DNA of 64,000 nucleotides from an uncultured Bdellovibrionales bacterium (GTDB lineage: Bacteria > Bdellovibrionota_C > UBA2361 > SZUA-149 > CAYOZL01): the NCBI GenBank assembly GCA_964408435.1, contig CAYOZL010000002.1, positions 344 through 64,343 of the forward strand, written 5' to 3'. The position numbers and the translations under genes were made by a program. The notes beneath the pieces were generated by a model that was not told the origin of the DNA, did no database searches, and saw only the letters and a program-made list of their open reading frames with translations. Positions 1 to 10,200 of this stretch are shown one piece after another (the first letter of the stretch is position 1; each line of letters starts with the position of its first letter).

Positions 1-483
1 ATTAAGCTCTTTTGCAAATTTTGAATTATTAACAGGCAATGCAACATGAAGAGCCCCTATCTTAGTTTCAGGTAATTTAGTTTTTATTTTCTTAAGTTCT
101 TGATGATTAAAAGAAGAAACAATTATACTACTATCATTAAGCTCTTTTAACTTATCTATAAATAAATCGCTCGTCTGATTTTTAAGCTCAATATTTATAG
201 AAACTCTATTATCTATTAAACTAATAACTTCATCTAAAGTTGGGATTTTATACTTACCGTGAACCTTAAGAGTTTTTATCGATTCTGCTGACTTATCTGT
301 TAGATAAGCCTCTACTCCACAAAGTCTTTCTAAATACCTATCGTGAAAAACAAAAAACTCATTATCTATCTCATAAACATCAAATTCAATTGCATCTACG
401 CCTAGTTCAATTGCGTGCTCAAATGACTCTAAAGTGTTCTCCACTTTGTAGCCCATTGCACCCCTGTGTCCGAAACAAATCAT
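1..483 (-). CDS. glycerophosphodiester phosphodiesterase (GDPD family); 3' end lies outside the window
   Basis: Minus-strand translation starts MICFGHRGAMGYKVENTLESFEHAIELGVDAIEFDVYE. This carries the GDPD HR(G) and E/D catalytic motifs. The ATG start is at 481-483. Confidence 0.75.
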   Translation of the reverse strand, partial: MICFGHRGAMGYKVENTLESFEHAIELGVDAIEFDVYEIDNEFFVFHDRYLERLCGVEAYLTDKSAESIKTLKVHGKYKIPTLDEVISLIDNRVSINIELKNQTSDLFIDKLKELNDSSIIVSSFNHQELKKIKTKLPETKIGALHVALPVNNSKFAKELN

Positions 484-531
484 AATTTAACTCTTGTTTA
501 ATATTTAATAAAAATACTGAATAAAAAATAC

Positions 532-1578
532 TTAATAAAAAAAACTTACTGCAATCGAGGTAGAAAAATCACTACTTCCTCTTGAAGGACTAGGGTTTTC
601 TCTTATATTTAATTCTAACTCTAAGTTTTGTTTTAATCCATATTTAAATCCTAAATCAGTATAAATTTGATGATCGGGAAATAATTCTATATCTGAAGTT
701 AAATTTGAGCGAGCTGTGGTGCTTAATATAATAGAAAGCAAATCTGAATAAAGATATTCAAGAGAGACAAATCCTCCGTAACTATTTCGTTCAAATTGAA
801 TCTGATTAAATTCTGGATCGCTAAAATATGAATAGTATAAACCTGAATAGAGAACTAAACTATTGAATTTTTTAGAAAGTAAAAGATCTGCAATTAAATC
901 TATTCCACCTGGTGAGAATGAATTAGAGCCAGTTGGTAATCTAAACTCAATCGAAGAGCTTATTGCTGGGAAAATGTTATCTCCTTTAGTTAGTAGTTTT
1001 TTAATTCCAGTTCTGATATCTCCAGTTTTAACTCCACTAGATTCGATATCGAAATTTGAACTTGATACATTATAGCTATTACTTCTATTTTCCCTTCTTG
1101 GTCCTTGTGGTAATCCCCAAAATTTATGCCAATCAAAAATAAGATTATCTAGAAAACCTGCTCCTTGCCAAAACAAAGGCAATTCAAAGCTAAATTCTAG
1201 ATCAGAGCTAAGTGTTTTTTTGAATTTGAAAGCAAGTTCTCTAGTTTCTGCATCAATGATGTATCTACCACGATTGGTATTTTCCGTATTAGCTAAGTGT
1301 GCAGATACTGAAATTTTATTTTCAATCTTTGTACTCTTAGGGTTGTAATTAAGTCTTCCAATATTTAGTGGAAATATGTCCCGTATCTCTATTGGTCCCC
1401 TTGCCCAATTCTCTTGAGCAATAGCATTTTGGGTAAGGAATGTTGTAGGTAGTAAAAGTAGGGATAGAATAGTCCCTACTTTTGTTTTGTAATAAGTTTC
1501 TAGTGAGAACTTATTTTTTAGGAAATTTCTGATCAAGAATCTTATTCCATTCAGATACTCTATCTTTTTTAGAATCAA
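532..1578 (-). CDS. hypothetical secreted/outer-membrane beta-barrel-like protein
   Basis: 348-aa ORF with a signal-peptide-like [26 protein letters not shown]. It ends in aromatic residues (VSFFY), as is typical of OMPs. The first 68 nt overlap the ppi gene, so the true start is uncertain. Confidence 0.45.
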   Translation of the reverse strand: MILKKIEYLNGIRFLIRNFLKNKFSLETYYKTKVGTILSLLLLPTTFLTQNAIAQENWARGPIEIRDIFPLNIGRLNYNPKSTKIENKISVSAHLANTENTNRGRYIIDAETRELAFKFKKTLSSDLEFSFELPLFWQGAGFLDNLIFDWHKFWGLPQGPRRENRSNSYNVSSSNFDIESSGVKTGDIRTGIKKLLTKGDNIFPAISSSIEFRLPTGSNSFSPGGIDLIADLLLSKKFNSLVLYSGLYYSYFSDPEFNQIQFERNSYGGFVSLEYLYSDLLSIILSTTARSNLTSDIELFPDHQIYTDLGFKYGLKQNLELELNIRENPSPSRGSSDFSTSIAVSFFY

Positions 1579-2098
1579 GAAGAGCTTTTGAATCTCCAGT
1601 TATTGTAATTGTTTTAATCTCATCACCTTGAGTAATAGAGTTAACAATATCTTGTCCAGTAGTCACTTTTCCAAAAACACTGTGTCTGCCATTTAAATGA
1701 GGAGTTTCTAAATGAGTGATAAAGAACTGAGAACCATTTGTTCTAGGTCCAGCATTTGCCATTGATAAAATACCTGCACTATCGTGCTTTAGGCTATCAT
1801 CAAACTCATCTTCGAATTTATAACCTGGTCCACCAGTTCCATTTCCTAGAGGATCTCCTGTTTGAATCATGAAGTTAGCAATAACTCTATGGAATTTAAT
1901 ACCGTTGTAATAGCCTCTATTCGCAAGATTTACGAAATTAGCAACTGTTAGAGGAACTTTGTCATTATATAGCTCAAGCTCAATTTTACCTTTGTTGGTC
2001 TCAATTTCAGCCTTTAAGTTGTCATCAGCCATTAAATCTCCTGTTGAAATAGTTAAAAATATAGATAGTACGAAAGTATATGTGAATATTTGTCTCAT
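1511..2098 (-). CDS. ppiA: cyclophilin-type peptidyl-prolyl cis-trans isomerase, periplasmic (signal peptide)
   Basis: [22 protein letters not shown] and [17 protein letters not shown] are cyclophilin signatures. An N-terminal signal peptide is present. Confidence 0.9.
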   Translation of the reverse strand: MRQIFTYTFVLSIFLTISTGDLMADDNLKAEIETNKGKIELELYNDKVPLTVANFVNLANRGYYNGIKFHRVIANFMIQTGDPLGNGTGGPGYKFEDEFDDSLKHDSAGILSMANAGPRTNGSQFFITHLETPHLNGRHSVFGKVTTGQDIVNSITQGDEIKTITITGDSKALLDSKKDRVSEWNKILDQKFPKK

Positions 2099-2241
2099 AT
2101 GAAAAATACTATTGATTAGTTAATAAATTAGAACGTTTTTATAGCCCAGAATTAATAAATGCAACACATTTTGCTTAATGCACATAATCTCACTGTAGTT
2201 TTTGCATAGGTTTTCTTACTAACCCAAAAGGAAAAGAAAAC

Positions 2242-2532
2242 ATGATTAATGCATTGATTAAAAACAGTCTAAACTTCACTATCAATTTCACTAAAGATTA
2301 CATTGATTTAACTCTTTCAGAGCCAGTAGAGGTAATTAAAAAGAGATATAAGCCAAACAACGCAAGAAATAACATAGCTAAAGCTAATAAGTTCTCATTA
2401 AATCAATACATTAAAAAACAAAATCAAATGACTTCACCTAAAACTTCTTATGATTTTAAAGATGTAAAAGAGTTAAGGCAGAGAAGAAAAGCAGAAATAA
2501 AGCTTTTAGAGCACAATCCAACAATTCATTAA
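2242..2532 (+). CDS. hypothetical protein (96 aa, basic)
   Basis: Intergenic ORF with no recognisable domain. A purine-rich stretch, aaaaggaaaagaaaaca, precedes the ATG. Confidence 0.3.
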   Translation: MINALIKNSLNFTINFTKDYIDLTLSEPVEVIKKRYKPNNARNNIAKANKFSLNQYIKKQNQMTSPKTSYDFKDVKELRQRRKAEIKLLEHNPTIH

Positions 2533-2558
2533 TTCCTTTTTTATGCTAAGTAAAAAGA

Positions 2559-3803
2559 ATGGCTAGATTATTTTCTGTACCAGATTTTTATAAGAGTGAT
2601 TTTATACAAGCTATAAAGGTAGCTAGAGCATCAAAAGATCCTAAGAAGAAAGACAAGTCCCCCACTGTTCTAGACTTTGGACCTGTTAGATTTAAGATAT
2701 CAAGACATTTTGGATTTTGCTTTGGTGTAGAGAATGCAATTGAAATTGCTTATAAAGTCTTAGAAGAAAATCCAGATAAAAGAATATTTCTATTAAGTGA
2801 AGTTATTCATAATCCAAGAGTTAATGAGGATTTAAAGTCTAGAGGTATTGATTTCTTAATGGATACTGATGGAACAAGATTAATTGATTTTAAAACTTTA
2901 AAGCCTGAAGATATTGTCATAGTTCCTGCTTTTGGAACTACTATTGAACTTCAAAAGGAATTAGAAGCTTTAGGTATTAACCCTTATAAAAACGATGCAA
3001 CCTGTCCTTTTGTAGAAAAGGTATGGAAAAGAGCAGATAAGCTTGGAGATGAAGGCTACAGCGTTATAATTCATGGCAAGAGAACCCATGAAGAGACAAG
3101 AGCTACCTTTTCTCATAGTAACTCGAAAGCTCCAACCTTAATTGTTCTAAATATGGAGGATGCTAGAAAAGCTATTAGCTATATGAAAAATGAAATCTCT
3201 TTAGATGAATTTAATTCATATTTTAAGAATGCCAAATCTAATGGCTTTAATCCTGAAAAAGATTTTCAGAAAATAGGTGTTGTGAATCAAACCACGATGC
3301 TTGCAAGCGAAACTAAAGAAATATCAAATGCTTTTAGAGAGGCTATTTTAGGTATACACGGTAAAATTGAAGGACATTTTGCCGATACTAGAGATACCCT
3401 TTGCTACGCAACATATGAAAATCAGACTTCGACAAAAGAATTAACAACAAGTGGTGCAGATTTGGCTTTAGTAGTCGGCGGTTATAATAGCTCAAATACA
3501 AGTCACTTAGTTGAGCTATGTGAAGATAGTTTTCCTACTTTTTATATAAAAGATGCACAGGAAATAGTTTCAAAAGATGAGATTAGGCATTTCGATATAA
3601 ATACTAAAAGTTTAAAAATAAGTAAGAACTGGGTTGGTAATCAGAGTCCTGAGTCTAAAGCTAAGATTGATATTGCTATTACTGCAGGAGCTAGTTGCCC
3701 TGATAAGCAAGTAGATTTAGTTATCTCGAGAGTGCTAGACTTCTTCTCAGATACTAAAAAAACCTCTGAAGTATTAGATACTTACATCAGTGCACAAAAT
3801 TAA
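2559..3803 (+). CDS. ispH: 4-hydroxy-3-methylbut-2-enyl diphosphate reductase, long form
   Basis: GFCFGVENAI, TCPFV, IHGKRTHEE, NQTTML, DTLCYAT, GGYNSSNTSHLVEL and TAGASCPD align to the conserved IspH/LytB blocks. The protein is 414 aa and has an N-terminal extension. Confidence 0.9.
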   Translation: MARLFSVPDFYKSDFIQAIKVARASKDPKKKDKSPTVLDFGPVRFKISRHFGFCFGVENAIEIAYKVLEENPDKRIFLLSEVIHNPRVNEDLKSRGIDFLMDTDGTRLIDFKTLKPEDIVIVPAFGTTIELQKELEALGINPYKNDATCPFVEKVWKRADKLGDEGYSVIIHGKRTHEETRATFSHSNSKAPTLIVLNMEDARKAISYMKNEISLDEFNSYFKNAKSNGFNPEKDFQKIGVVNQTTMLASETKEISNAFREAILGIHGKIEGHFADTRDTLCYATYENQTSTKELTTSGADLALVVGGYNSSNTSHLVELCEDSFPTFYIKDAQEIVSKDEIRHFDINTKSLKISKNWVGNQSPESKAKIDIAITAGASCPDKQVDLVISRVLDFFSDTKKTSEVLDTYISAQN

Positions 3804-3825
3804 ATAAAACTGCCATAACAGTGGT

Positions 3826-4014
3826 ATGGATGATAATTTCTTTTCATTATTTTTTGGTGCAATCTTTTTTGTTCTAATAGTAGTAGGTGCACTAATGTTC
3901 GTACAACTTGAAACAGAGCAAGAAAATATTAGAGAAGTAAATAGGTACATGTTTTCTAAAGGGAAAGAGCCACTTCCTAAGTCTTGGAAAAATCAGGTTG
4001 GTAAAGGCATCTAG
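3826..4014 (+). CDS. small hypothetical membrane protein (62 aa)
   Basis: Single hydrophobic helix FFGAIFFVLIVVGALMFV. No homology is recognisable. Confidence 0.3.
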   Translation: MDDNFFSLFFGAIFFVLIVVGALMFVQLETEQENIREVNRYMFSKGKEPLPKSWKNQVGKGI

Positions 4015-4039
4015 CCTTATTTACTAAAATAAAAAAATA

Positions 4040-6160
4040 TTATCTAAAGTTTGTCTTTAACATTAAGTTAGAAAATGAAGATGTATTTCCTTTTCTAATT
4101 AATGAAGCGCCGATTTGACCAGAAGCATTTAATTTTAAAGCTCCGTATGTAGAGTCTCTATCTGAGAAGAATTCAATTTCTCTTAAATCTAACATGATAG
4201 TTTGATTTGGAAGTAATCTATAATTGTTAATAAGTATGTCGTCATGACTAACTTGTATAACTTCATTTGTGTCTGAGTAATTACTAAGTAAAAGATAGTT
4301 CTGAGCATTTAAGAATAGATTAAAAGAGTTATAAATTGAATTTTGTGTGTTAGAAATATTTTGAAGAGCTAAATTTGCAGTAACTACACTGCCAGGAACA
4401 TAGCCATCAAACTCATTTGAAAATTCATAGACATACAACTGTGTATTTAAAGACTCAGTATCTTCTGGTTCAATAACAAAGCTTCCAGTTTCAAGGCCTA
4501 GTGCATTTAACTCAGAAGTAAGGCTTAGATGTACTTGCTTATAACCTTCAAGGCTATATTGATTATCGCTAATCAAACTAGAATCTGGAGCAAATAATTT
4601 AACTCTAAATTTTGTATTTGCACTATTAGAATTAAAAATTTCTAAATAAGTATATCCATCATTTTTACTTAAAAATGTATTTGCTTTGTTACTTCCACTA
4701 GCTGCTTCAGCTAATTGAACGCTTGCAAAAGTAACACTAAGATTATTTTGCTCAGGACCACCAAATCCATATCTACTTATATAAGATAAGTATGGTGAAT
4801 TTAAATCTTCAGGAATAATTTTATGAGAACCAGTTCTAGCTAAGTCCATGCTTTCATGTCCTGCTTCTACATCGTGTCTAGAGTTTGCAGGAATACTTAC
4901 TAATCTTTGTTTAACAACTTCTCCAAACTCATTAAATGTTACAACTCTAAATGACTTACTAACATCATCTAAGTTAACTAAAGTTAAGTAGTTAATTACA
5001 TGGTCGTATACACTTAACTGATTTGGATAATAAGTATTAAAAGTAACATTGGTTATATCTTTAATGCTTTTAAGGAATGGAATTGTAGTAGAGAAATTAT
5101 GAATTCCGTTTTGTATGCTGTAAAGAGAAAGTCTACCATCTATTAATTCAGTAGAGCTAATTTCTACAGTTCCATAAGAGTCTTTTTCAAAGTTGCTCCA
5201 TTCATTTAATATTACATCGAATTGAGCACTTGGTGCTAAGTTGTAAGATCTACTTTCAATTATATTCCCTTGAATATCTCTTAGTTTAATATCTACAGTA
5301 TTAGCTTCGGTTGATCTGTTAACTAGTTCAATAATATTAGTCAAAGATAAAAAGCCATTCCAAGTAGAATACCAGCTGTCACTAGGAATTTGAGGAATGC
5401 TTCCTCTATCAACTGCAATTGAACCAAATTCAATCTCTAGCTCATCTGAGTAACCATCGTTATCGATATCTGTAGTTACAACCTCAGATAAACAATCACC
5501 ACCAGAGCCTGAAATCCTAGATTGTGCTCTATCAATAGAACTTAACGAAAATCCATGAGGCTTGTCTACGTAATTTGTAGCCATGATTGAAAGTTGTTCA
5601 TCATGTAAATCATCATCATGGGTCATTCCAATTACATGACCTACTTCATGAGCGATTGTGTGTGCAAAAGAATATCTTCTTTGTTCTCCGATACCTGAAG
5701 TGCTTACAAAAACTTGTGAAAATTCTTTATTTGTACAAGATACTGAAGGATAAGCTAGGCCATACACTCCATTAAAGTATCCTCTTCCAACTACTATTCC
5801 AATGTCATAATCAACATCATATGTGTCATATAAATTCTTAGCCTCATCTAAAATCCCAGTAGCGCTATTTCCGTGCTGAGTATAAGGGTCTTCACTATCT
5901 TTGTAGTTTACAATTTTAACAATATTAAGATTTACGTTTAAATCTTTATAGTATGAATTAGCAATATTGATCGCAGTTCTAACTTCTGTTTCAGCTTGCT
6001 CCTTGCTTAGTTCGAGTTCTTGGTCTGTATTTGGGTTAATGTAGAATTCACTTGGAATACTTACAACTAGATCTAGTTGTTTAAACGAGCTTTGTGCAAA
6101 AGCTTCGCAAGAAAATATTAATAAAATAAGTAGAAGTGCTCTTAACAATTTTATACCCAA
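4040..6160 (-). CDS. secreted zinc metalloprotease, metzincin-like (HExxHxxGxxH)
   Basis: Signal peptide MGIKLLRALLLILLIFSCEAFA. The motif HTIAHEVGHVIGMTHDDD matches HExxHxxGxxH, and a large C-terminal region follows. Confidence 0.8.
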   Translation of the reverse strand: MGIKLLRALLLILLIFSCEAFAQSSFKQLDLVVSIPSEFYINPNTDQELELSKEQAETEVRTAINIANSYYKDLNVNLNIVKIVNYKDSEDPYTQHGNSATGILDEAKNLYDTYDVDYDIGIVVGRGYFNGVYGLAYPSVSCTNKEFSQVFVSTSGIGEQRRYSFAHTIAHEVGHVIGMTHDDDLHDEQLSIMATNYVDKPHGFSLSSIDRAQSRISGSGGDCLSEVVTTDIDNDGYSDELEIEFGSIAVDRGSIPQIPSDSWYSTWNGFLSLTNIIELVNRSTEANTVDIKLRDIQGNIIESRSYNLAPSAQFDVILNEWSNFEKDSYGTVEISSTELIDGRLSLYSIQNGIHNFSTTIPFLKSIKDITNVTFNTYYPNQLSVYDHVINYLTLVNLDDVSKSFRVVTFNEFGEVVKQRLVSIPANSRHDVEAGHESMDLARTGSHKIIPEDLNSPYLSYISRYGFGGPEQNNLSVTFASVQLAEAASGSNKANTFLSKNDGYTYLEIFNSNSANTKFRVKLFAPDSSLISDNQYSLEGYKQVHLSLTSELNALGLETGSFVIEPEDTESLNTQLYVYEFSNEFDGYVPGSVVTANLALQNISNTQNSIYNSFNLFLNAQNYLLLSNYSDTNEVIQVSHDDILINNYRLLPNQTIMLDLREIEFFSDRDSTYGALKLNASGQIGASLIRKGNTSSFSNLMLKTNFR

Positions 6161-6302
6161 AGTTATTGTACTAAAGTGGTGCTTGCATTACACAATAACA
6201 TATCAATCAATAGTGTGTTTATACTTCAGTAATTTATGTAGTAAATCAATAGTAATGGTATAAATAAAGCAGATTTAGACAGGTTTAACTAATAAAAAGT
6301 AG

Positions 6303-8795
6303 TTAGATCGTATCTAAGACTAGTACCTGTCTAGGTCTTGAGCCATCTGCAGGCCCAACTACACCTTCAGCTTCCATAGTCTCAAGGATTCTAGCAGCCC
6401 TATTATAACCAATTCTAAAGGCTCTTTGCACCATACTAGTCGATGCTTGACCCTTATCTATTACTAGTTGAACTGCTTGTTGGTAGTATTCATCGTATTC
6501 TAAATCTCTAGTAGAGTTGGATTCACTATTATCAAGTTTGTTAATCGTATCCTCAATATTCTTATCATAACAAGGTTCTCCTTGTGATTTTATATGGTCA
6601 ACAACATCTGCAACTTCACTATCAGAGACATACGGTGAATGTAGTCTTAGTGTTCTACCTATTGATGGAGATGAAAAAAGTAAATCCCCTCTTCCTAGTA
6701 ATCTTTCAGCTCCTGATGCATCTAAGATAGTTCTAGAATCAATTTTACTTGTTACTTTAAAAGATATTCTCGCAGGGAAGTTCGCTTTTATTAGGCCAGT
6801 AATTACATTAACGCTTGGTCTTTGGGTTGCTAGAATTAAATGAATACCTGCTGCTCGAGCTTTTTGAGCTAGACGAGTTAATAGTTCTTCTATATCTCTA
6901 CCAACTGTTAACATTAAATCAGCTAATTCATCTACGACTATAACAATTCTTGGCAAGGTTTGATTAATTTCAACATTATCATCAATGCTTACTGCTCTTC
7001 TATCTAATCCGTCTTTAGATGCTATAACGTCTTTTTCTTGTAGTTCAACAACTCCATCTTTATCTTGTTTAGTAATTCTTTGATTAAACATCGCTACATC
7101 TCTAACATTATACTTCTTCATTAAAGAGTATCTTCGTTCCATTTCTTCAACTGCCCACCAAAGAACTGCCTTTGCATGTTTAGGGTTAGTAACAACCGGA
7201 GAGCTTAAATGAGGAATCTCTTCATAAGTACTTAGCTCAAGCATTTTAGGATCAATCATTATTAGTTTTAGAGTCTCTGGGCTGTTTCTATAAAGCAAAC
7301 TTAGAAGCAAGGAGTTAATACAAACTGACTTACCCGTTCCAGTTGCCCCTGCAATTAAAAGATGGGGCATTCTAGCTAAATCAGCGACAAAAGGTCTACC
7401 ATAAGTGTCTTTACCTAAGGCGAGTAATAACGAACTCTCAGAGCTTTTATAGTTATCTGAATCTATTACTTCTCTTAATCTTACAATGTCTCTTTGTTTA
7501 TTTGGCACTTCAATTCCAACGGTGCCCTTTCCAGGTACAGGCGCATAAACTCTAACGCTAGAGACTTTTAAAGCAAGAGCAAGATCGTCTGCAAGGTTAA
7601 TAACTCTTTGAACTTTTATCCCAGGACCAGGAACAAATTCATATAAAGTAACTACAGGTCCAGGGTGCACTTCTACTACTTTTCCAGTAACCTTAAAATT
7701 TTGTAGAGCAACTTCTAAAACCTCACTGTTTTTTATAAGATCTTTGTCTTGCAGGTTGCTAGTAGTGTCAACTTCACTTTTAACTAGAAAATCATATGAA
7801 GGTAGTTTGTAATTTTTAAAATTAAAGTTTGAACTGCTCTTTTTAACTTTTAGTTTAATTTTAGACTTTGTATCAAACTCAGTTCTTTTAATTAGAGGCT
7901 TGTAAGCTTTTAGTTCTTTTGTTGCTCCATCTGTATCAATTGAACTTTTAATAAGACTACTCTTAGTTTGAACTTTTTTTGATTTTGAAGAACTTCTCTT
8001 TGTATGTTCTGTAAGTGAATTATAATCAATAGACCAGTCAGTAGAATCATTATCTAAGTTTTGAGTAGAATTAAGATCGTTTTCGTCCTTATATTTTATT
8101 CCCTTATCGAAGCTAATAAAGCCAAGTATGACAGAGCCAGCAAAGCGTGTAAAAGCAGAGACGTAATCAAAACTCTCTTTTAAAATTGTATTTGAAAATT
8201 TAAGAAACTTTGATGAAAAACCAAAGAAGATTGATGTGCTAATTCTTGTAGCAAAAAGAAAGCTAATTAATGCAGTAAAGAATGAGAATAGTAAAGCTCC
8301 AAACCAGCTTAAATATCCTATTAGCAATGAAGAAAATGTATCACCAATTTGACCACCTGCGTTAGAAATGATTGCAGCAATAGTAGAGCAAGATAAAGAA
8401 AAGAATACGATACCAATTAGTGAGGGTAGTATTTTGGTCTTTGTGTTTTTATGACTATCACTACGATAATTCCAAATACTATAAGCTCCAAGAAAAGCTA
8501 GAAAAGGAATTAAAAAAGAAGGTAAGCCAAAATAGCCCAATAAAGCAGAAGCCACTCCCTCACCTGTAATACCCATGGCATTATCTTTAACATTCTGGTA
8601 GCTGCTTATTAGAGCTACTAATAAAAATATTCCTAAAAAAACAATTGCTAGCGAGTAGGTTTCTTTTAGTAAGTCACCATTAGTTTGGTGAACAGTTTTA
8701 GCACGAGACTTATTACGAGAACTCCTAGCAGCAACTTTTGTCTGCTTACTTTTAATTACACGTAAGTTTTGTTTCTTTTTTCTTTTAGTGGCCAT
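6303..8795 (-). CDS. ftsK: DNA translocase FtsK/SpoIIIE
   Basis: N-terminal TM segments, a linker, a Walker A motif (GATGTGKSV), and the FtsK motor and gamma domains. Confidence 0.95.
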   Translation of the reverse strand: MATKRKKKQNLRVIKSKQTKVAARSSRNKSRAKTVHQTNGDLLKETYSLAIVFLGIFLLVALISSYQNVKDNAMGITGEGVASALLGYFGLPSFLIPFLAFLGAYSIWNYRSDSHKNTKTKILPSLIGIVFFSLSCSTIAAIISNAGGQIGDTFSSLLIGYLSWFGALLFSFFTALISFLFATRISTSIFFGFSSKFLKFSNTILKESFDYVSAFTRFAGSVILGFISFDKGIKYKDENDLNSTQNLDNDSTDWSIDYNSLTEHTKRSSSKSKKVQTKSSLIKSSIDTDGATKELKAYKPLIKRTEFDTKSKIKLKVKKSSSNFNFKNYKLPSYDFLVKSEVDTTSNLQDKDLIKNSEVLEVALQNFKVTGKVVEVHPGPVVTLYEFVPGPGIKVQRVINLADDLALALKVSSVRVYAPVPGKGTVGIEVPNKQRDIVRLREVIDSDNYKSSESSLLLALGKDTYGRPFVADLARMPHLLIAGATGTGKSVCINSLLLSLLYRNSPETLKLIMIDPKMLELSTYEEIPHLSSPVVTNPKHAKAVLWWAVEEMERRYSLMKKYNVRDVAMFNQRITKQDKDGVVELQEKDVIASKDGLDRRAVSIDDNVEINQTLPRIVIVVDELADLMLTVGRDIEELLTRLAQKARAAGIHLILATQRPSVNVITGLIKANFPARISFKVTSKIDSRTILDASGAERLLGRGDLLFSSPSIGRTLRLHSPYVSDSEVADVVDHIKSQGEPCYDKNIEDTINKLDNSESNSTRDLEYDEYYQQAVQLVIDKGQASTSMVQRAFRIGYNRAARILETMEAEGVVGPADGSRPRQVLVLDTI

Positions 8796-8882
8796 ACTGC
8801 TTTTAACTTTTGTCTGATTTTGGTGCTATATTATTAAGCTTGATTATAAAATCAGCTTGTTAGAGCGTCAATTAAAAACTGC

Positions 8883-9701
8883 TTAAGAAAGATAAAACCA
8901 GGTAACAATAGATAACAATGCGGTATAAATAGAAAAAGGTAGCAAATTATGGTTTTTAGCTAGTTTGTCTAAAAGTTTTAGAGCAAAAATTCCTAATACA
9001 AAAGCAGTTAGCATACTTGGTAAAGTCGAGATTAAACCGTATTCAAAGCTATTAAAGTTCCCTTTTAAAACTTCTAATAGTAGAGCCCCTAATGCTGCAG
9101 GTATAAATATAAAAAAAGAATATTTCACACTACTGTATGCAGATACGCCACAAGCTAAAGCAATACAAATTGTCATTCCAGAGCGTGAGACTCCAGGGAA
9201 GATTGCAAATGCTTGCGCAATACCAATTATAACAGCTTGTAAGTAAGTAGGAACTATGAAGTGTTCTTGTTTAACTAGAGGTTTAAAATATTTATGAGTG
9301 ATAAATATAACAACACTAGTTAGAGCAAAACCGTATGATAGAAATTTACTAGTTCCAAATGATGTTTCAATAAAGTCTTTAAAAAAGAGAACTGTTAAAA
9401 CTGCAGGAATTGTTGATATTACTACCTTAATAGATAAGTCTAAAAGAGTAGATTCTTTAAGTGTTTCTATTTTTAAATTATCAAATTTAAGCATTTTCTT
9501 TATTTCAGGCCAAAGGAAAAACAAAGAGGAAAATAAAGTTCCAATATGTAAAAGTATATCTAAAGTAAAGGAGTTACTGATTTGATTCTCAAAGACGATA
9601 TTTTGAAATAAAACTAAATGACCAGAAGAACTCACTGGTAAAAACTCTGTTAAAGCTTGTACAGTGGCTAGAAATAAGGAAAATAATATAAACTGAATCA
9701 T
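8883..9701 (-). CDS. uppP: undecaprenyl-diphosphatase
   Basis: LTEFLPVSSSGHL and PGVSRSGMTI are UppP/BacA motifs, and the protein has multiple TM helices. Confidence 0.9.
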   Translation of the reverse strand: MIQFILFSLFLATVQALTEFLPVSSSGHLVLFQNIVFENQISNSFTLDILLHIGTLFSSLFFLWPEIKKMLKFDNLKIETLKESTLLDLSIKVVISTIPAVLTVLFFKDFIETSFGTSKFLSYGFALTSVVIFITHKYFKPLVKQEHFIVPTYLQAVIIGIAQAFAIFPGVSRSGMTICIALACGVSAYSSVKYSFFIFIPAALGALLLEVLKGNFNSFEYGLISTLPSMLTAFVLGIFALKLLDKLAKNHNLLPFSIYTALLSIVTWFYLS

Positions 9702-9780
9702 CTTTAAAATATTTCTCTATTTTTTAATTGTAAAGTATAGCAATTTACTATATTTAAAAAAATAGAGAAATTACATTTTA

Positions 9781-10134
9781 TTGGGATTAAAAATGGCAAA
9801 AAGTGCAAGTAACTTAGAGCAAGCTTTAGTTGAATTAATAGATGGCTATATTGAGTTAGAATCATCATCTAATAAAGCTTACGGAGATGATGAAGACTCA
9901 TTTTCAAACTCTATTATAGAAGGTTTAGAGACATCTCTAGATGCTGCAATTGAGGAGTCTAATATTTCTACTACTGAATTTGCAACATTGTTAGCTAATC
10001 TTAGCGAAGCACTTGAACAAATTGACCCAAGTGCTTTTGAAGAGGATGTTTTTGATGAAGATGAAGATAACGGAATGGAATCTTTATCTGATCTAGAGGA
10101 TTACGATGAAGACGGTGATGAAGATTATCACTAG
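9781..10134 (+). CDS. hypothetical highly acidic protein
   Basis: 117 aa, rich in D and E, with the C-terminus EDYDEDGDEDYH. No domain is recognised. Confidence 0.4.
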   Translation: MGLKMAKSASNLEQALVELIDGYIELESSSNKAYGDDEDSFSNSIIEGLETSLDAAIEESNISTTEFATLLANLSEALEQIDPSAFEEDVFDEDEDNGMESLSDLEDYDEDGDEDYH

Positions 10135-10200
10135 ATAATCTGTTAACTTATTCCTGTGCCTTTCTAGCTTATATAAAAAAAAATCTTTTTTCAGTACTCT

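Noticed and set aside
863-1075. Short antisense ORFs in the track. These lie within long genes at 863, 5587, 8965, 9298, 12156, 14751, 15501, 16574-17786, 20647, 22848, 31561, 32157, 33090, 38157, 39123, 39706, 40429, 43331, 43949, 45092, 48203, 50932, 52010, 54914, 56315, 58898, 59668 and 62208.
   Set aside because: All lie within, and antisense or out of frame to, well-supported longer genes. Their composition is biased and they are not conserved. They are treated as noise.
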